Of a stretch of 64,000 nucleotides of DNA, positions 19,131-29,183 are shown in pieces; the stretch's first letter is position 1; each line of letters starts with the position of its first letter. Under the pieces are notes generated by a model. That model saw only the letters and a list, made by a program, of their open reading frames with translations, did not search any database and was not told where the DNA came from. The DNA is taken from positions 186,001 to 250,000 of IMG/VR virus record IMGVR_UViG_3300032053_000002; one strand, written 5' to 3'. The translations under genes were made by a program, and so were the position numbers.

Positions 19131-20657
19131 TTACTCCGTTTCAAACATATTTTTCTTAGATATTTTTATAAACTTCGGATCTTTTTTTGCTTCGCTACAA
19201 AACTTTTTGTTTTTCCATTCTGGGTCGTCTAATAATTTTTGTACTTCTTCTTTCCTATCATCTCGAATTTCCAAACGAGTGTCCGAATCAAATGGGTCGT
19301 CAACCGCACCCATCATTATAACCCATCTCCTCAGATGCTCCCACGAATTAGACAAGTGAAGGTCTCGATGTGTATTATAGAGAATATTTCTCTTATATCC
19401 GTTTCCGTTTATAATATGTTGTAACCATTCTCTTCCGTATAATCGTTGCCCACCGTCACTGTACTCGCGATCATCACCCAGACTATGCGGTTCTTTTTTT
19501 CTTGCATCTTCATAATTTTTTATACACTCCGTCATCGAAGAAAGTAAATTATTTTTAAACACTTCTTCGTGCGATGGTGAAGGTAATTTCCATTTATTTT
19601 TATCGGGCGACATTTCGAGTAATGATAAAAAATCACTTTTCGTTTTAAAGTACTGAGTATAATTGTCGCCCAAAACGTATTTCATAATTGGATGCTCATA
19701 AACCAATGACCTCGCGCCCAATTCTATTCCGTCCTGAACCGACAAGTTCCATGTAGCATAATCGTCCACAAATGTCAATGTCGCAAAACAATTTTCTATC
19801 AAATACCGATATTCTCCACGGCTTGGAAGCGATTCTACCCTCATCCAGTTCGGAGCGGCTTCACCGGCAGTTGGGTGTAGAGCATTTTTATCCGTTACCC
19901 AAATCAGATATTCGTCCCTGGATAAATCTTTCGTGTATTCTATTAAACGTTTAATTCCCGTGGAATTATTCCAGCGGTGATTGAAAACTAAGATATTTTT
20001 CTTTGGTAACGAAATTGGTTTGGATGGCGGGAACGGGTCTGGCGACAGAGGCATATAAGTGATTTTCTTTTTTATTTCAGTGTCGATTATCTCTCCGGCA
20101 ATTCTCGATCTTTTCCAGTTGTCTTTTAAATAATTTATGGAAACATCACTGTGTATAAATGTCTTCGCAGATAAATCTATCGCTTCAATCTGTCGCCAAA
20201 ATCCATCCGTATATGTTTCGGACGGCTTTGACTTTGGGGAGTCTATCCAGTGAAAAAACAGAAATGTATCTACTGATGTTCCATATCTTCTCGATAACAT
20301 CCCGCTCATAATATTATAAAATAGTTCTGGTTGATGTAGAAAAATAAAATCAATGTCGTATCTTCGCCAGTCGAAAAAACTGGCCAGCGCGGAATATTCA
20401 AAATATCCCCGATTCGCTAAAACCGAAATCGGGTATGGAAAAGGCACCCACGTAACATTTTTCCTAATGTAGTCGCCTCCAATTTCGTTTAATTCAGGAA
20501 CCAGAATAAAATGGTGGCAATCAGGTAAGAAGTTTACGGTTTTCCATAAAACTTTGAAATTGGAATCCGCGTGATGTTGCCAGACGTTTCCACTCCATCT
20601 AACAGGCGACATACAATGTAAAACTCTTCTACCGTATAATATACTTTTTTTATCCAT
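19131..20657 (-). CDS. GT-B glycosyltransferase, paralog 2
   Basis: ILVFNHRWNNSTG; full-length similarity to 11096..12532. Confidence 0.65.
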   Translation of the reverse strand: MDKKSILYGRRVLHCMSPVRWSGNVWQHHADSNFKVLWKTVNFLPDCHHFILVPELNEIGGDYIRKNVTWVPFPYPISVLANRGYFEYSALASFFDWRRYDIDFIFLHQPELFYNIMSGMLSRRYGTSVDTFLFFHWIDSPKSKPSETYTDGFWRQIEAIDLSAKTFIHSDVSINYLKDNWKRSRIAGEIIDTEIKKKITYMPLSPDPFPPSKPISLPKKNILVFNHRWNNSTGIKRLIEYTKDLSRDEYLIWVTDKNALHPTAGEAAPNWMRVESLPSRGEYRYLIENCFATLTFVDDYATWNLSVQDGIELGARSLVYEHPIMKYVLGDNYTQYFKTKSDFLSLLEMSPDKNKWKLPSPSHEEVFKNNLLSSMTECIKNYEDARKKEPHSLGDDREYSDGGQRLYGREWLQHIINGNGYKRNILYNTHRDLHLSNSWEHLRRWVIMMGAVDDPFDSDTRLEIRDDRKEEVQKLLDDPEWKNKKFCSEAKKDPKFIKISKKNMFETE

Positions 20658-20660
20658 AAA

Positions 20661-21662
20661 TTATATTTCCTTGTATAAATTTTGTATCCAATTTTCTGCG
20701 AAAAACTTCTCTAAAATGTTTTGTTGCTTTAAAACTATTTCATTCTTTTTATCAGTATTCGCCGTATAATAATTTATTTTTTCTATTAAGTCGCCCATCG
20801 AATCGTATCGTAACTCGTCAATAACATATTCTTTATATGCGGTTGTATTATTATTAGGCACGAAATAACAGAGACCACTCACCATACCCTCAATTACCGC
20901 ATATCCGAAATTATCATAATCCGATAAAGATAATCCGAATCCGCAAGTATAAAGAAATTGCTTGTACTGACCATCACTTATTTCTGGATTATACCTAACA
21001 TCAAACTCCTCTTTAAATTTTTCCGGAAATGAAGAGAACGGTTGAAATGGGCAAGTAATCACCATTCTATTTTTTATTTCTTTTGGTAACTCAAATAATT
21101 TTTGCGGATTCTTTTCTTTAACAAGACGATGATTAAATAAAATGATATTAGAATTCCTCGGACTTAATTTTTTTTCAAAAATTGGTAAACCCATTGCGAT
21201 TGTTTCATATGGTAATAAATCGGAAAACCATTTCGTCGCAACAAAAACTTTTGTCGCCAATTCAGCGACAACTTTTTCATATTCCCTCAATTTTTTAGAA
21301 TTTCCCGGTTCGTATTTTGAAAAATTGGAACCGTGAACTATACCGTATATTTGTTCAGCAAACCCCGCTTTAATTATGTCGGGAGTAAAATCTTCTATCA
21401 AATTAGCGAAAAATACTTTCTTAATTTCCCTATCTCTCATTTCTTTAATAATTGTCGCCAAAAGTTTATGCTGTTCCGTTCTCCCTGGTAAATACGTATC
21501 TTCTCTAAACGGGGATGGCGACACAAATACTTTTGATAAAAATACGTTTAAATCACGAGACCACTTTACGTTGTAAAGATGCGGAACGAAAATAATATCT
21601 TTCCGTTTATACTTTTCCGCAAAAGAAAATTGGTCATCTTCTGATTCGAATGTTTTACTCAT
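20661..21662 (-). CDS. GT-B glycosyltransferase, divergent paralog 3
   Basis: IILFNHRL motif and DNFGYAVIEGM (E-x7-E-like) motif. Confidence 0.62.
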   Translation of the reverse strand: MSKTFESEDDQFSFAEKYKRKDIIFVPHLYNVKWSRDLNVFLSKVFVSPSPFREDTYLPGRTEQHKLLATIIKEMRDREIKKVFFANLIEDFTPDIIKAGFAEQIYGIVHGSNFSKYEPGNSKKLREYEKVVAELATKVFVATKWFSDLLPYETIAMGLPIFEKKLSPRNSNIILFNHRLVKEKNPQKLFELPKEIKNRMVITCPFQPFSSFPEKFKEEFDVRYNPEISDGQYKQFLYTCGFGLSLSDYDNFGYAVIEGMVSGLCYFVPNNNTTAYKEYVIDELRYDSMGDLIEKINYYTANTDKKNEIVLKQQNILEKFFAENWIQNLYKEI

Positions 21663-21701
21663 AGATTATATTGTCGTAATGATTAATAAATAACTTTAAA
21701 T

Positions 21702-21730
21702 ATTATACTACACGGAAAATAAAAAGTTCC
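21702..21730 (-). promoter_or_regulatory. Putative middle promoter GGAACT-N17-TATAAT
   Basis: Intergenic, directly upstream of the glycosyltransferase pair. Confidence 0.7.
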
Positions 21731-22201
21731 CTAAATTCCTGTTGAGCCGAATCCGCCATCTCCGCGAGAAGTATCCGATAATTCATCTACTACCTGTATC
21801 TCGGGAGTTATTACCGGACAAACCACCAATTGCGCGATTTTTTGACCTTTTTTTATTTCTACCGCATGATAATTGACATTATACAGTATCACACAAATTT
21901 CTCCCCGATAAAGATAGTCCACGGTTCCCGGTGTATTCAATATAGTCAACCCCTTTAATGCCAACCCGCTTTTTGGACGAACTTGCGCTTCCCAGATTAT
22001 TTTAACTTTTGGATATGCGGGAATGTTGATACTTATTGGCGGTGGCAACTCAATGGCCATTCCAGTATGAATAAGTTCCTGTGATTTTGAAACCAACCAA
22101 AAATCTTTATCAACCGAATATAAATCCAACCCGGAATCAGTATCATGCGCTCGTATTGGTATAATCGCGTCTTCTCGTAGTTTTTTAATTTTTAATATCA
22201 T
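21731..22201 (-). CDS. dut: Trimeric dUTPase
   Basis: SGLDL, RPKSG, GTVD..YRGE, RGDGGFGSTG. Confidence 0.95.
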   Translation of the reverse strand: MILKIKKLREDAIIPIRAHDTDSGLDLYSVDKDFWLVSKSQELIHTGMAIELPPPISINIPAYPKVKIIWEAQVRPKSGLALKGLTILNTPGTVDYLYRGEICVILYNVNYHAVEIKKGQKIAQLVVCPVITPEIQVVDELSDTSRGDGGFGSTGI

Positions 22202-22880
22202 GTTTTTTAACCATTTTTACTTTTTTCTTTATTTCTCTAAATACATCTTTTGATTTTTTACAGTCACCTTTTTTAATTTTTAATATTTGATTTTGTAATT
22301 CTTTTAATTTATCTTCTCGCCGAGAAGGGCTTCCAAACCAACTTATTTCATAAAGTATTGCGCTTACTACATCATATACAGTAAATATTTTGGTAGATGA
22401 AAACAACTTTTTTGGTTTAATAGAATCCGAATAAATTTCAAATTTGGTATCCAGTTTAAGCGGATAGTTTTTAAAATTGTTTATTGGAGTAAGTTCCAAC
22501 GCGAAACCAATATTTCTCCATTTTCCTTTTTCTTTTATTCGTCCTTCGCCACCAAACTCCACCCCTTCAGCTAATTCTTTTTCAAATATATAGGTTCTCC
22601 ATCGTATACTGAGATATGTCATTTCTTCGGCATAGGTATCGTTGAGTTTGTCAGTGAAAGGCAAATTCCACTCTTCAACCCAATCAGACAGATGTGCATG
22701 ACCCAAATGACTGGCAAATGCTTCTGAATATTTATCGTGTTCTTTCATTATGTGATTAAAAAAATCCTCGAAAGTAACACCATCTTCTATTTCTATGTTT
22801 TGTATTAAAAATGGCAATAAACTATTTACCTTCTTTTTTCCAAACCATATACCGTTCTTTTTAATCTTAATTGTTATCAT
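22185..22880 (-). CDS. Hypothetical protein
   Basis: 231-aa ORF overlapping both neighbours. Confidence 0.6.
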   Translation of the reverse strand: MITIKIKKNGIWFGKKKVNSLLPFLIQNIEIEDGVTFEDFFNHIMKEHDKYSEAFASHLGHAHLSDWVEEWNLPFTDKLNDTYAEEMTYLSIRWRTYIFEKELAEGVEFGGEGRIKEKGKWRNIGFALELTPINNFKNYPLKLDTKFEIYSDSIKPKKLFSSTKIFTVYDVVSAILYEISWFGSPSRREDKLKELQNQILKIKKGDCKKSKDVFREIKKKVKMVKKHDIKN

Positions 22881-23250
22881 TTTTTATGTCCTCTTCCTTA
22901 ACTTCTATCCATTTGGCATCTCTGGTAATTTCTATTTTAATGTTTTTCGCCTCTAATTGTTTCTCTACCCATTTTTCAACGTCTATCCAATTTTTCATTC
23001 TTTTCGCAGTTTCTATTTTGTGCCAATTTTTAAAGGCACTCGTTTCAATACATCGTTTGAAAGCAATAATTTTATTCTGATGCTGAGAACGAGTCTCGCG
23101 ACATTCACCAACCGCGCCAGATGCGATATGTGTTATTCTCACGCCGGATGAAGTTTTATTCTGATGCTGCCCGCCTTTACCACCGGACCGAAAAGTATCA
23201 ACTTTAAAATCTTTTCGAGTTATGCTGAAAAGTAGTTTTCGCTCTTGCAT
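22867..23250 (-). CDS. RF-1 domain peptidyl-tRNA hydrolase (ArfB/PrfH-like)
   Basis: [21 protein letters not shown] and RSQHQNK; no codon-recognition domain. Confidence 0.85.
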   Translation of the reverse strand: MQERKLLFSITRKDFKVDTFRSGGKGGQHQNKTSSGVRITHIASGAVGECRETRSQHQNKIIAFKRCIETSAFKNWHKIETAKRMKNWIDVEKWVEKQLEAKNIKIEITRDAKWIEVKEEDIKNDNN

Positions 23251-23265
23251 TTCTAACCTCTTATT

Positions 23266-23418
23266 TTATTCCTTTTTATGTAGTTTGATAGCAACCTTTG
23301 CTCCCTCTTTAATTGCCATGTCGATTAGCTTTTTATTGTGATCATCCACGACAAAATAAACCTCGCAAAATAGTTTTGATGTCCTTTCCAGTTCTTTTGT
23401 CAGTTCATTATTTTCCAT
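23266..23418 (-). CDS. 50-aa hypothetical protein (below the ORF-track cutoff)
   Basis: GGAGG SD, then MENNELTKELERTSKLFCEVYF... Confidence 0.5.
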   Translation of the reverse strand: MENNELTKELERTSKLFCEVYFVVDDHNKKLIDMAIKEGAKVAIKLHKKE

Positions 23419-23450
23419 TTGTTTTCCTCCTTGTTTATATTATATTTATA

Positions 23451-26054
23451 TTATATGCATCGGCTCCATCCACAAAATGAACATTTTACGCAACCATTTT
23501 CGTAAATTAAATTAGTATTATTGCATGACGGGCAACTCATTCCGCTCACCGATTCACCATCCTTAATATATTTTTTTAGAACTCGGGCAGCAGCAGCGGT
23601 GAGTGAATGCATCTCTTCTACAGATTTGCTCAATTGTTCCACGATAAAGCGAATCGGGACTCCGTGTCTGAGACCGGTGGAAACCATTCTAAATAACGCC
23701 TTTTCTACTGGCTCAAACTGTTCCGAAAAATCATCTATTATTATTTCATTCGCAATGACTAATTTATATTGCGATCTTTTAACTTTTTCTATGATTCCGG
23801 ATTTTTCTTTTCCGAAAGAGAACTTCAATCCGTTCATTTTTCCACCGAACATTTCGTATGGGACACCATTAAGTAATCCAATCGCCAACAAAAATCGTTC
23901 ATCCTTAACCTGGATCGTGAAAACGTCAGCGTCCAGTATTCTTGGTCGAGCGGGGGCGAACGCAGGAGTGATGCTATCCCGACTTAAATTCAACTCTTTT
24001 AATTCGTCATCGTCGAAATTTTGCGGGTGTAAAGACACTCCCTCCGATTTTAATTTCATTGCTGATTCTCGGAACGGAATGAATGAAACTATCCCATACA
24101 TTTTTTTATCAGGAAATGTGGCAATAGATTTAACTCCCCGTTTCCAACCTTCCAGTAAAAAGTTTTCTACATCGTGTATCTTTGTATTTTCTGGAAGCAT
24201 ATACGTTACAGAAATAGAACTATCTATCCATTTCATAACTTTCGCCATCAAGTCCATTTTTTTCATCGGACTTATTTCCGTTGAAGTTTTAAAACGTATC
24301 TCGATTTTTTCCTTATTTTCTTCTATAAACTTCGCAATTGGGCTCCCTCGTTTCCCGTCCCATGTATCTTCTATCATATCAGCTTCCATTGGAAGTTCCA
24401 ATCCGCGTTCTTTAAACAACATCCTGACCTCATTCGGGACTACAAAATAGTATTTATACTTTCCAGTAATTCGAGTTCTTTTCCAAAAATACATCCCGAA
24501 CGCCGGTTCTATTCCATAACTCATTGTCGCCGTTCGTTTCATCAAGGTAAGTGTCCCGGTTGGGGCGACAGACGAAACGGTAACATTTCTCATCGCATCA
24601 AATTTTAATTCAGGAAATTCTTTATTCATATGTTGGATAAATTTTGATTTTTTAATTTTGTCCGGATCAAACAACTTGAAAGAACCTTTCTCCTTTCCAA
24701 GAGAAATTGTGCTCTCATACAAATAATAATTATACCACTTAGCAAATTCTTCCACTTTATTATTTGCGTCTTCATCACCGTATTCCAAATTCATTTTGAA
24801 CACCCATCCACCCAAATCAGTTATTCCAGCACCGGTTCTTCGTAAACTCTCTATCGCTAATTTTTGAAATGGCGTCGCATACGTACCGTACACTAATTCG
24901 CACTCATTCACATCGTCTAAAAATCGGTTGATCGAATACGCGACAGTTTTCAGTTCTTCTTTGTATTGTTCGGGATAGATGGAAAAACTGCTCATAAAAA
25001 TAGACGATAAAACGCATAAACTGTCTCGGGACATGTACTGTTCCGAACATGCGTTAGTCCCAATAATTCTGCTATCATATTCCGCACTTTCGTTGTATAC
25101 GGCATCTGAGTTCGAGTATTTTCTGGCGACATCTATATTTTGAATTCCAGGTTCGGCATTTTTCCACATATTCTCGGCTATAAGTCTGAATAATTTTTTC
25201 GCAGAAATTGTTTTTTTAATCACTTCTTTTTCTTTGTTAAATTTTGCGGTATAGTAATAACCGTTTTCATCTTTCTCGTGATCCATCAGCGCGGAATGAA
25301 TATCAACGTATACTTTGTCGCCTTTTTTAACTTGCGGAATTGTAAAAACCAACTCCCAATCTTTATCTTCCAGCACCGCTTTGTAAAATTCGTCCGTTAC
25401 TTGCACAGATATATTTGCATTTTGTATCATCGTATAATCTTTTTTAACCGTGATGAATTCTTCTATATCTGGGTGTTTTATATTTAAAGAAAAAAGCATA
25501 GCGGGTATTCTACCTTTTTGCCCGACGAAATATCCGATAGAATCTATAAGTTTCATCCAGTGAATCGCACCAGTGGATTCGTTGGACGAGTTCATTATTT
25601 TTGAACCCCGTGGTCTCAGCCGAGAAAAATCCACACCGAGTCCCTGACGATACGCGGCAGTTTTGGCGACAGTGTAACCGAAGTTACGAAATATCCCTTC
25701 TAAACTGTCCCAGCTTAAATTGTCTAATCCACCGGCAGAAATGTGGGTGCAATTTGCTAATGATATTTTGCGACCACTACCGGCCCCCTGCATAATAGAA
25801 CCTGCTGGATGCCACCAATCACTTAAAATTTCCATTTGCCATCGTGCAGACCAATACTTTCTAAGTTCTTCGGTTGTTTCTACAGACGAAATAAAATCAC
25901 ATACTCGTTTTACGGCGTCGGAATACGTTTCATCTCCCTGTCTATATTTTTTATTAAACGCGTCTATCGAAAATTGGTTGCCCCCAAAGTATTCTTCGGT
26001 TGTCATGTTTTTATATTTATTTATCACATCGTTCATTTTTCTAATTTCTTCCAT
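23451..26054 (-). CDS. nrdJ: Class II (B12-dependent) ribonucleotide reductase
   Basis: LANC, TNACSE catalytic motif, VAPTGT, C-terminal CPSC...CSFCGWSRC zinc ribbon. Confidence 0.92.
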   Translation of the reverse strand: MEEIRKMNDVINKYKNMTTEEYFGGNQFSIDAFNKKYRQGDETYSDAVKRVCDFISSVETTEELRKYWSARWQMEILSDWWHPAGSIMQGAGSGRKISLANCTHISAGGLDNLSWDSLEGIFRNFGYTVAKTAAYRQGLGVDFSRLRPRGSKIMNSSNESTGAIHWMKLIDSIGYFVGQKGRIPAMLFSLNIKHPDIEEFITVKKDYTMIQNANISVQVTDEFYKAVLEDKDWELVFTIPQVKKGDKVYVDIHSALMDHEKDENGYYYTAKFNKEKEVIKKTISAKKLFRLIAENMWKNAEPGIQNIDVARKYSNSDAVYNESAEYDSRIIGTNACSEQYMSRDSLCVLSSIFMSSFSIYPEQYKEELKTVAYSINRFLDDVNECELVYGTYATPFQKLAIESLRRTGAGITDLGGWVFKMNLEYGDEDANNKVEEFAKWYNYYLYESTISLGKEKGSFKLFDPDKIKKSKFIQHMNKEFPELKFDAMRNVTVSSVAPTGTLTLMKRTATMSYGIEPAFGMYFWKRTRITGKYKYYFVVPNEVRMLFKERGLELPMEADMIEDTWDGKRGSPIAKFIEENKEKIEIRFKTSTEISPMKKMDLMAKVMKWIDSSISVTYMLPENTKIHDVENFLLEGWKRGVKSIATFPDKKMYGIVSFIPFRESAMKLKSEGVSLHPQNFDDDELKELNLSRDSITPAFAPARPRILDADVFTIQVKDERFLLAIGLLNGVPYEMFGGKMNGLKFSFGKEKSGIIEKVKRSQYKLVIANEIIIDDFSEQFEPVEKALFRMVSTGLRHGVPIRFIVEQLSKSVEEMHSLTAAAARVLKKYIKDGESVSGMSCPSCNNTNLIYENGCVKCSFCGWSRCI

Positions 26055-26925
26055 GAATAAACCCCCCAAAGTCCAGTTTGTCGTATTCTAATAGGTTATT
26101 GTCTCCCCACGCCTTCAAAATTCGGAAAGATTCTTCAGTTAAAAACATATTTTTACGACTGTTATGTTTATGGTTTATCATTTTAAGGTTAATTATGTCT
26201 GATACCAAATAAGGAGATATTTTATTGACAAACGAAAATTTGATTGGAACTATGTGGTCAATAGATAGGGTTACTGAATTGTTTTGATGCCCTCTTTTAT
26301 TAAAATTTTTTAAATTATGATATTTAATATTTTTAATTGACAATTTTTCTATATTTCTTTTGTATTTTTTATATTCTGGCACAGAATCCAAATGTTCTTC
26401 ATATGACTTTCCTCTAGAATATATTCCTTTTTCATATATTTTTTTTCTTAATTCATTTCCTTGAATTCTATCCAACATATCCCACCATTCAGATCTGTTT
26501 CTAATTTTTATTTTATATTTTTTGAGCAAATTACTGCATGATTTTGAAGAAATAGACAATATGTTAGATATGTCCGAAATTCCCATTTTTTTATTTATAT
26601 ATAAATCATACAAAACATTTTTCTTTATTGTTTTTACATATGTTCTAAATTTTATTTTTTTTATATTAAAAAATTTAAATAAAAATAAAATGTCGTTTTT
26701 ATGGCAATCAAATTCTTTTGATAGTTTTTCAATAGAAAATCCTCTTTTGTAATGTAAATTATATAATTTGCTTTTTGTTATATTATTACATAAAATAATT
26801 TTGTTTAATCTATTAAATCGTATCAAAACCCAACATTTCACTAAATGTTTTGGTTGAGTTTCTGATGTTATTTTATTACAAAAAAAATATAGTTTTTGAT
26901 TTTTCACTTCCTCGTATTTTACCAT
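26041..26925 (-). mobile_element. Free-standing HNH homing endonuclease
   Basis: SIDHIVP..NLKMINHKHNSRK; very AT-rich; start MVKYEE after GGAG. Confidence 0.78.
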
Positions 26926-27045
26926 AGATTTTTCTCCAGAGTTGAATAGTAACAAGATAATACATCACAGGCCGAACTCCTATGTGGTGATTTTGTATTT
27001 GAGATTAAATAAAAGAATGTTTATAAACATTCGTATATCTATAAA

Positions 27046-27101
27046 TAGTATAAAAAACTATTTTATAGTTAAACGACTTGAAAGAGTATTTTGTTCCCGA
27101 A
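27046..27101 (-). repeat. Regulatory repeat, copy 1
   Basis: TAGTATAAAAAACTATTTTATAGTTAAAC-N19-TTCCCGAA; second copy at 27461. Confidence 0.75.
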
Positions 27102-27132
27102 AAAACAAAGAAGCGATCAACGCCTATCGCTT

Positions 27133-27435
27133 CTAATTTTTATCTGAATTATTGTTTTTTGATTTTTCTATTTCTTCTTTTTCACACTCTAAACAAATAA
27201 ATTTGGGAGATTCGTTTTTGGGTAAAAAACTTACTCTATATTTTGTTTCATGGTTTTCCGCACCAAAACTCGCGTCTACAAAATATATCTTTGTTTCTTT
27301 CTTTGGTAAGTCGCAAATACTACATACGGCGGGTATTATTTCATAATTTACGGCCATATTTAAAAAATTCTCGTTATTATTAAACTTTCCATCCTCCCCT
27401 ATAGCATCACCCCGCAGATTTTTGGGTATTCTCAT
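27133..27435 (-). CDS. Hypothetical protein with CxxC pairs
   Basis: GGAG SD; CSIC and CLEC. Confidence 0.55.
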   Translation of the reverse strand: MRIPKNLRGDAIGEDGKFNNNENFLNMAVNYEIIPAVCSICDLPKKETKIYFVDASFGAENHETKYRVSFLPKNESPKFICLECEKEEIEKSKNNNSDKN

Positions 27436-27460
27436 AATAATTTCTCCATTTCTTGTTTAA

Positions 27461-27517
27461 TAGTATAAAAAAACTATTTTATAGTTAAACAATTTGATAT
27501 AAGTTTTAATTCCCGAA
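27461..27517 (-). repeat. Regulatory repeat, copy 2
   Basis: Same elements and N19 spacing as 27046..27101. Confidence 0.75.
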
Positions 27518-27524
27518 GGATTGA

Positions 27525-28133
27525 CTATTCTTTATATTTCTTAGCAATTTTGTTTAATCTTTTTATTTCATTCGCGTCTAAAATATGGTCGCCAACTTCT
27601 TGTACGGCCCGAGTATACAGAGATTCAACAAAATTCATATCATTATCGTAATTCTTTCTACCAAAGCCAATAAATACCAAAGAACGTAACCGATTCAATC
27701 TTTCCGCGATACTTTGTATTTTTTTCTCTCGATACCTAACAGTTGCGTCGCAAATTGCGTCAAATAACTCTTTATATTCCTCAACCGATTTTATAGATTT
27801 CCCCCGCACCGCTTCACATACTTCCCACTTTTCGTTAGAATAACAAACAAAATATTGGTCTTTAAGATTAAAACTATATGGATTATCGGCCACCCATAAA
27901 TGATAATTTCGATGTGGGCTGTTCGGACGTAAATCTTTAAGCCACTTTCCTGCCGATCTTAATATATTTTCGCGAGTCAAACAACGACGACCCGATAATA
28001 AATTAATAATAAAAAAATTTCCATAAAAATTATAAAAAAATTCCCAGTTCGGGTAAATATATTTTATTTCCCATCTATTGTCTTTTAGATACGTATATTG
28101 ATACGGGTTTATTTTACGAAACACTCTAGGCAT
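27525..28133 (-). CDS. Hypothetical protein
   Basis: C-terminal ~40 aa resemble those of 28715..29182. Confidence 0.6.
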   Translation of the reverse strand: MPRVFRKINPYQYTYLKDNRWEIKYIYPNWEFFYNFYGNFFIINLLSGRRCLTRENILRSAGKWLKDLRPNSPHRNYHLWVADNPYSFNLKDQYFVCYSNEKWEVCEAVRGKSIKSVEEYKELFDAICDATVRYREKKIQSIAERLNRLRSLVFIGFGRKNYDNDMNFVESLYTRAVQEVGDHILDANEIKRLNKIAKKYKE

Positions 28134-28134
28134 T

Positions 28135-28431
28135 TTATCTTGTTAGTCTCCCCCGAATACCACGATATTCACGATACTGAGTTTTATTTTTTGCATTATT
28201 CATTAAAAGTTTAATTTTCTTTTTTCGTTTTTCGATGACTCCAGGGATTAAACCGTCGGCCATTTCCACCAACATTTTTGCGTTGCATTGACCGCAATCA
28301 CGATGGGATTTTTTTTCAGTGAGTTCCTTGATGTAGTTGTCTACATAAATAGGATTTTCGCCATCCGAAAATTGAAGTTTTTCGGAATACGCATGACCGC
28401 ACTTGTATTTTAAAGTAATGATTTTTATCAT
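28135..28431 (-). CDS. Hypothetical protein (YKCGH...CGQC)
   Basis: ORF in operon context. Confidence 0.55.
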   Translation of the reverse strand: MIKIITLKYKCGHAYSEKLQFSDGENPIYVDNYIKELTEKKSHRDCGQCNAKMLVEMADGLIPGVIEKRKKKIKLLMNNAKNKTQYREYRGIRGRLTR

Positions 28432-28697
28432 ATCGGCTCCTTTTTATTAAAAAATTCAAAAATAGTTACTTCTTGTCGCGAGTCAAGATTGATACATTCT
28501 ATTGGCGACAACAAATCAACTTTCGTCTCTTTTTGTATTTTTCCATCTTTTAAATACGCGCGTATGTGAACGTTTAGTGTATTACCTGCTCCCCTAGTTC
28601 CATATAATTCCATGAACGGAAGATAATAATACCACTTCTCATAAAATTTAATACTGACCCACATTCCAACAGGTACAAATTCAAATAAAGTTTTCAT
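28428..28697 (-). CDS. Hypothetical protein
   Basis: ORF in operon context. Confidence 0.5.
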   Translation of the reverse strand: MKTLFEFVPVGMWVSIKFYEKWYYYLPFMELYGTRGAGNTLNVHIRAYLKDGKIQKETKVDLLSPIECINLDSRQEVTIFEFFNKKEPI

Positions 28698-28714
28698 TAC
28701 TCAATATACCAAAT

Positions 28715-29182
28715 TTATTTGTTATTGTCAACCGTTTTATATTCTCTATACAAAAAATTTAATTTTTTTACCTGCGCGATTGTTAGTTTTTCAACTCCAT
28801 AAAGAAGAGAACTGCCCGTCATAATAGTTGACACGTATCTTTCATTGGATTCGTCCATCTGCGTTTCAAGACTATTTTTAAAAATGCGGGTCGCCATTAC
28901 AGATTGAATAAGTTCACGTAATTTTTTTAACCTTAAATAAATAAACGCACCTTTATAATATTTTTCCGCGTATGTTATGGCGGCATTTCGGTGTTCAATT
29001 TGAGCGATCGCCGGTATACCAAACATTTCCGGCGCAATATCCAATAAAATCGGAGCTTCTATTACATACCAATTACCAGTCGTACTAATCATTTGTTTAA
29101 TTTCTACAGTACGAAAATATTTATTCCTGGGATCCCGCAAAACCCAGTAATTAGTGAGCACTTCTTCCCAGGTAATTGTCAT
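28715..29182 (-). CDS. Hypothetical protein
   Basis: ORF in operon context. Confidence 0.55.
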   Translation of the reverse strand: MTITWEEVLTNYWVLRDPRNKYFRTVEIKQMISTTGNWYVIEAPILLDIAPEMFGIPAIAQIEHRNAAITYAEKYYKGAFIYLRLKKLRELIQSVMATRIFKNSLETQMDESNERYVSTIMTGSSLLYGVEKLTIAQVKKLNFLYREYKTVDNNK

Positions 29183-29183
29183 A

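Noticed and set aside
26926-27045. Cobalamin riboswitch upstream of the B12-dependent RNR
   Set aside because: Only one short imperfect hairpin; the leader is too short and lacks B12-box motifs
27050-27075. AACTATTTTATAGTT palindrome as an NrdR box before nrdJ
   Set aside because: The core is one base longer than the NrdR consensus CwAtATaTwG; kept only as an unassigned operator-like element
26942-27136. 64-aa ORF listed in the track
   Set aside because: Overlaps promoter and repeat elements, has no SD and low-complexity content; likely spurious
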